Below the pieces are notes generated by a model. That model worked only from the letters and a program-made list of their open reading frames with translations, was not told the DNA's origin and did no database searches. DNA of 62,907 nt, counting the filler, from Octopus bimaculoides (taxonomy: Eukaryota): NCBI RefSeq assembly GCF_001194135.2. It is 7 parts of 7 records of this genome, joined end to end, with 100 filler letters (N's around TTAATTAATTAA, not from the genome) between each part and the next. Parts side by side here need not be neighbours in the genome. Positions count along the whole stretch, not along the records: positions 56,747 to 60,938 come from NW_026350164.1; positions 61,039 to 62,907 come from NW_026306812.1; 5 more parts are not named here. The stretch is one strand, 5' to 3'. This document shows, piece after piece, positions 59,660 through 62,907 of the stretch. Both the position numbers and the translations under genes were made by a program. The stretch's first letter is position 1, and each line of letters opens with the position of its first letter.

Positions 59660-62157
59660 GTCTGTCTGTCTATCTATATATATACATAGAAGTTATTTGA
59701 TGTAATTTTCTCTGCGTATACCATACCATGAGGTTATCCTGAAATAGGAGTTGCTTATCTATTGGTAAATATCCCAGATTTATAATAATAATAATAATAA
59801 TAATAATAATCTTNNNNNNNNNNNNNNNNNNNNNNNNNNNNNNNNNNNNNNNNNNNNNNNNNNNNNNNNNNNNNNNNNNNNNNNNNNNNNNNNNNNNNNN
59901 NNNNNNNNNNNNNNNNNNNNNNNNNNNNNNNNNNNNNNNNNNNNNNNNNNNNNNNNNNNNNNNNNNNNNNNNNNNNNNNNNNNNNNNNNNNNNNNNNNNN
60001 NNNNNNNNNNNNNNNNNNNNNNNNNNNNNNNNNNNNNNNNNNNNNNNNNNNNNNNNNNNNNNNNNNNNNNNNNNNNNNNNNNNNNNNNNNNNNNNNNNNN
60101 NNNNNNNNNNNNNNNNNNNNNNNNNNNNNNNNNNNNNNNNNNNNNNNNNNNNNNNNNNNNNNNNNNNNNNNNNNNNNNNNNNNNNNNNNNNNNNNNNNNN
60201 NNNNNNNNNNNNNNNNNNNNNNNNNNNNNNNNNNNNNNNNNNNNNNNNNNNNNNNNNNNNNNNNNNNNNNNNNNNNNNNNNNNNNNNNNNNNNNNNNNNN
60301 NNNNNNNNNNNNNNNNNNNNNNNNNNNNNNNNNNNNNNNNNNNNNNNNNNNNNNNNNNNNNNNNNNNNNNNNNNNNNNNNNNNNNNNNNNNNNNNNNNNN
60401 NNNNNNNNNNNNNNNNNNNNNNNNNNNNNNNNNNNNNNNNNNNNNNNNNNNNNNNNNNNNNNNNNNNNNNNNNNNNNNNNNNNNNNNNNNNNNNNNNNNN
60501 NNNNNNNNNNNNNNNNNNNNNNNNNNNNNNNNNNNNNNNNNNNNNNNNNNNNNNNNNNNNNNNNNNNNNNNNNNNNNNNNNNNNNNNNNNNNNNNNNNNN
60601 NNNNNNNNNNNNNNNNNNNNNNNNNNNNNNNNNNNNNNNNNNNNNNNNNNNNNNNNNNNNNNNNNNNNNNNNNNNNNNNNNNNNNNNNNNNNNTATATAT
60701 ATATATATATATATATCTATATATATATGTATATATATATAACTGCGTGTGTGTGTGTGTGTGTGTGTGTAATCTGAGACATTCAATTCTCCGTTTGTTC
60801 TAGAAAGTTCCACGTCAGTTTTACCGAAATGCCAGCCTACCATTTATTGTACACTTAGGTGTATCAGGTATCGGTGGCGTTGCAGATGTATATAGATTTG
60901 TGTGTGTTTATATGTGTATATATATATATATATATATANNNNNNNNNNNNNNNNNNNNNNNNNNNNNNNNNNNNNNNNNNNNTTAATTAATTAANNNNNN
61001 NNNNNNNNNNNNNNNNNNNNNNNNNNNNNNNNNNNNNNTACATACATACATATATATTCTTTACGAATGGTTTCATATAAGAATGATCCACTCAGTTGTT
61101 CAAGCGTGTCACATGGAAGTGTTGATATTAGTCTCCAGCCTGGGTGAGAATACATAGAACATATATACACATACATGCCTACATACATACACACATTAAT
61201 ATAGAGAAATGCACGTAATTTGCCAGAATGAATAGAGCAGAATGAATGGAACAACAGCTAACATTATGAACATAATAAAAACACGATATAAATATCCCAC
61301 GCAACATTTAAGTATATGCATATATACACACATACATGTACATGCCTACTTANNNNNNNNNNNNNNNNNNNNNNNNNNNNNNNNNNNNNNNNNNNNNNNN
61401 NNNNNNNNNNNNNNNNNNNNNNNNNNNNNNNNNNNNNNNNNNNNNNNNNNNNNNNNNNNNNNNNNNNNNNNNNNNNNNNNNNNNNNNNNNNNNNNNNNNN
61501 NNNNNNNNNNNNNNNNNNNNNNNNNNNNNNNNNNNNNNNNNNNNNNNNNNNNNNNNNNNNNNNNNNNNNNNNNNNNNNNNNNNNNNNNNNNNNNNNNNNN
61601 NNNNNNNNNNNNNNNNNNNNNNNNNNNNNNNNNNNNNNNNNNNNNNNNNNNNNNNNNNNNNNNNNNNNNNNNNNNNNNNNNNNNNNNNNNNNNNNNNNNN
61701 NNNNNNNNNNNNNNNNNNNNNNNNNNNNNNNNNNNNNNNNNNNNNNNNNNNNNNNNNNNNNNNNNNNNNNNNNNNNNNNNNNNNNNNNNNNNNNNNNNNN
61801 NNNNNNNNNNNNNNNNNNNNNNNNNNNNNNNNNNNNNNNNNNNNNNNNNNNNNNNNNNNNNNNNNNNNNNNNNNNNNNNNNNNNNNNNNNNNNNNNNNNN
61901 NNNNNNNNNNNNNNNNNNNNNNNNNNNNNNNNNNNNNNNNNNNNNNNNNNNNNNNNNNNNNNNNNNNNNNNNNNNNNNNNNNNNNNNNNNNNNNNNNNNN
62001 NNNNNNNNNNNNNNNNNNNNNNNNNNNNNNNNNNNNNNNNNNNNNNNNNNNNNNNNNNNNNNNNNNNNNNNNNNNNNNNNNNNNNNNNNNNNNNNNNNNN
62101 NNNNNNNNNNNNNNNNNNNNNNNNNNNNNNNNNNNNNNNNNNNNNNNNNNNNNNNNN

Positions 62158-62198
<41 letters not shown>

Positions 62199-62414
62199 CA
62201 TATATATGTATATATATATACACATGCACGCATATATATTTATATATATATATACACATACACGCTTGTGTATATACGGACACATATATCTACATATATA
62301 TAGACAAACATATATATATGGGCATATGTATATATTTGTATGTGTGTCTCTATGTGTGTATGTATGTATGTCTGTCTGTGTGTATGTATGTATATATTTA
62401 GAGAGAGTAAGAAA

Positions 62415-62580
62415 GATTCCTTTATGCTTAAATGAATCCTAGTTCGTTCGTGCTGAGGTAGTTCTGTAGTTTGGATATATTTTTCTTCCCAACTATACTG
62501 GTTTTCCTCTTTTCATTTTCTATTTTTAATTCTGTTGCAGTTCTTGTTGCATATCTTCTTAGTTCTAGCTTCTGGTATAA
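62415..62580 (-). mobile_element. Possible Penelope-like ORF N-terminal fragment
   Basis: Open minus frame LYQKLELRRYATRTATELKIENEKRK..SKLQNYLSTNELGFI; assignment from recollection only. Confidence 0.3.
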
Positions 62581-62907
62581 TTACGTAACCGTACAATATT
62601 CTAGAAAAACAGGAATATATATTGAACTCTATAAAAATTTCCCCTACACAAAAGGAATGCACTTTTTTGATTCGTGACGTCATGGTAACAGACCGCCAAC
62701 CTCTGGAATTTTGGTGACATTGAAAGGAACCAACTTATAATGCCAATTGTGTGATATTACTGTTGTTGTTTAAACCTAGATTCTATCGACGAGACCAGCG
62801 GTGAGAGGGCGTTCCAGATGTGACCACCTCGTGGTTCCCTGCGTGATACAATTCATGTTCCATAAATTGTAGAGTCTTGTAGTGTCTAAATATATATGTA
62901 TATATAT

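Overview
Repeat-dense, AT-rich eukaryotic draft-assembly DNA with many N gaps and long di-, tri- and tetranucleotide microsatellites. The SINE repertoire and composition suggest an octopus/cephalopod genome (inference). No host gene could be named with confidence; only a few candidate exons were seen (102-1292, 13595-13691, 18335-18602). The one long intact ORF (47912-49570, minus) is the PIF1-family helicase of a Helitron that has a canonical hairpin-CTAG 3' end and no visible Rep domain. The rest is layered, mostly decayed transposable elements: mariner, Tc1/maT and pogo fragments; piggyBac-type and hAT-type MITEs; RTE, R4-like (RLE), Tx1-like and Penelope retroelements; a solo LTR; and several tRNA-headed SINE families. 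The most notable observations are a canonical type I hammerhead ribozyme (38866-38936, minus), two copies of a minimal hammerhead-like variant, a 5S rRNA-poly(A)-SINE chimera inside one 13-bp target-site duplication, the helicase-only Helitron with duplicated splice signals upstream, and a PHD-type finger embedded in an RTE reverse transcriptase. Family names come from recalled motifs, not database searches. Many repeat boundaries are approximate.
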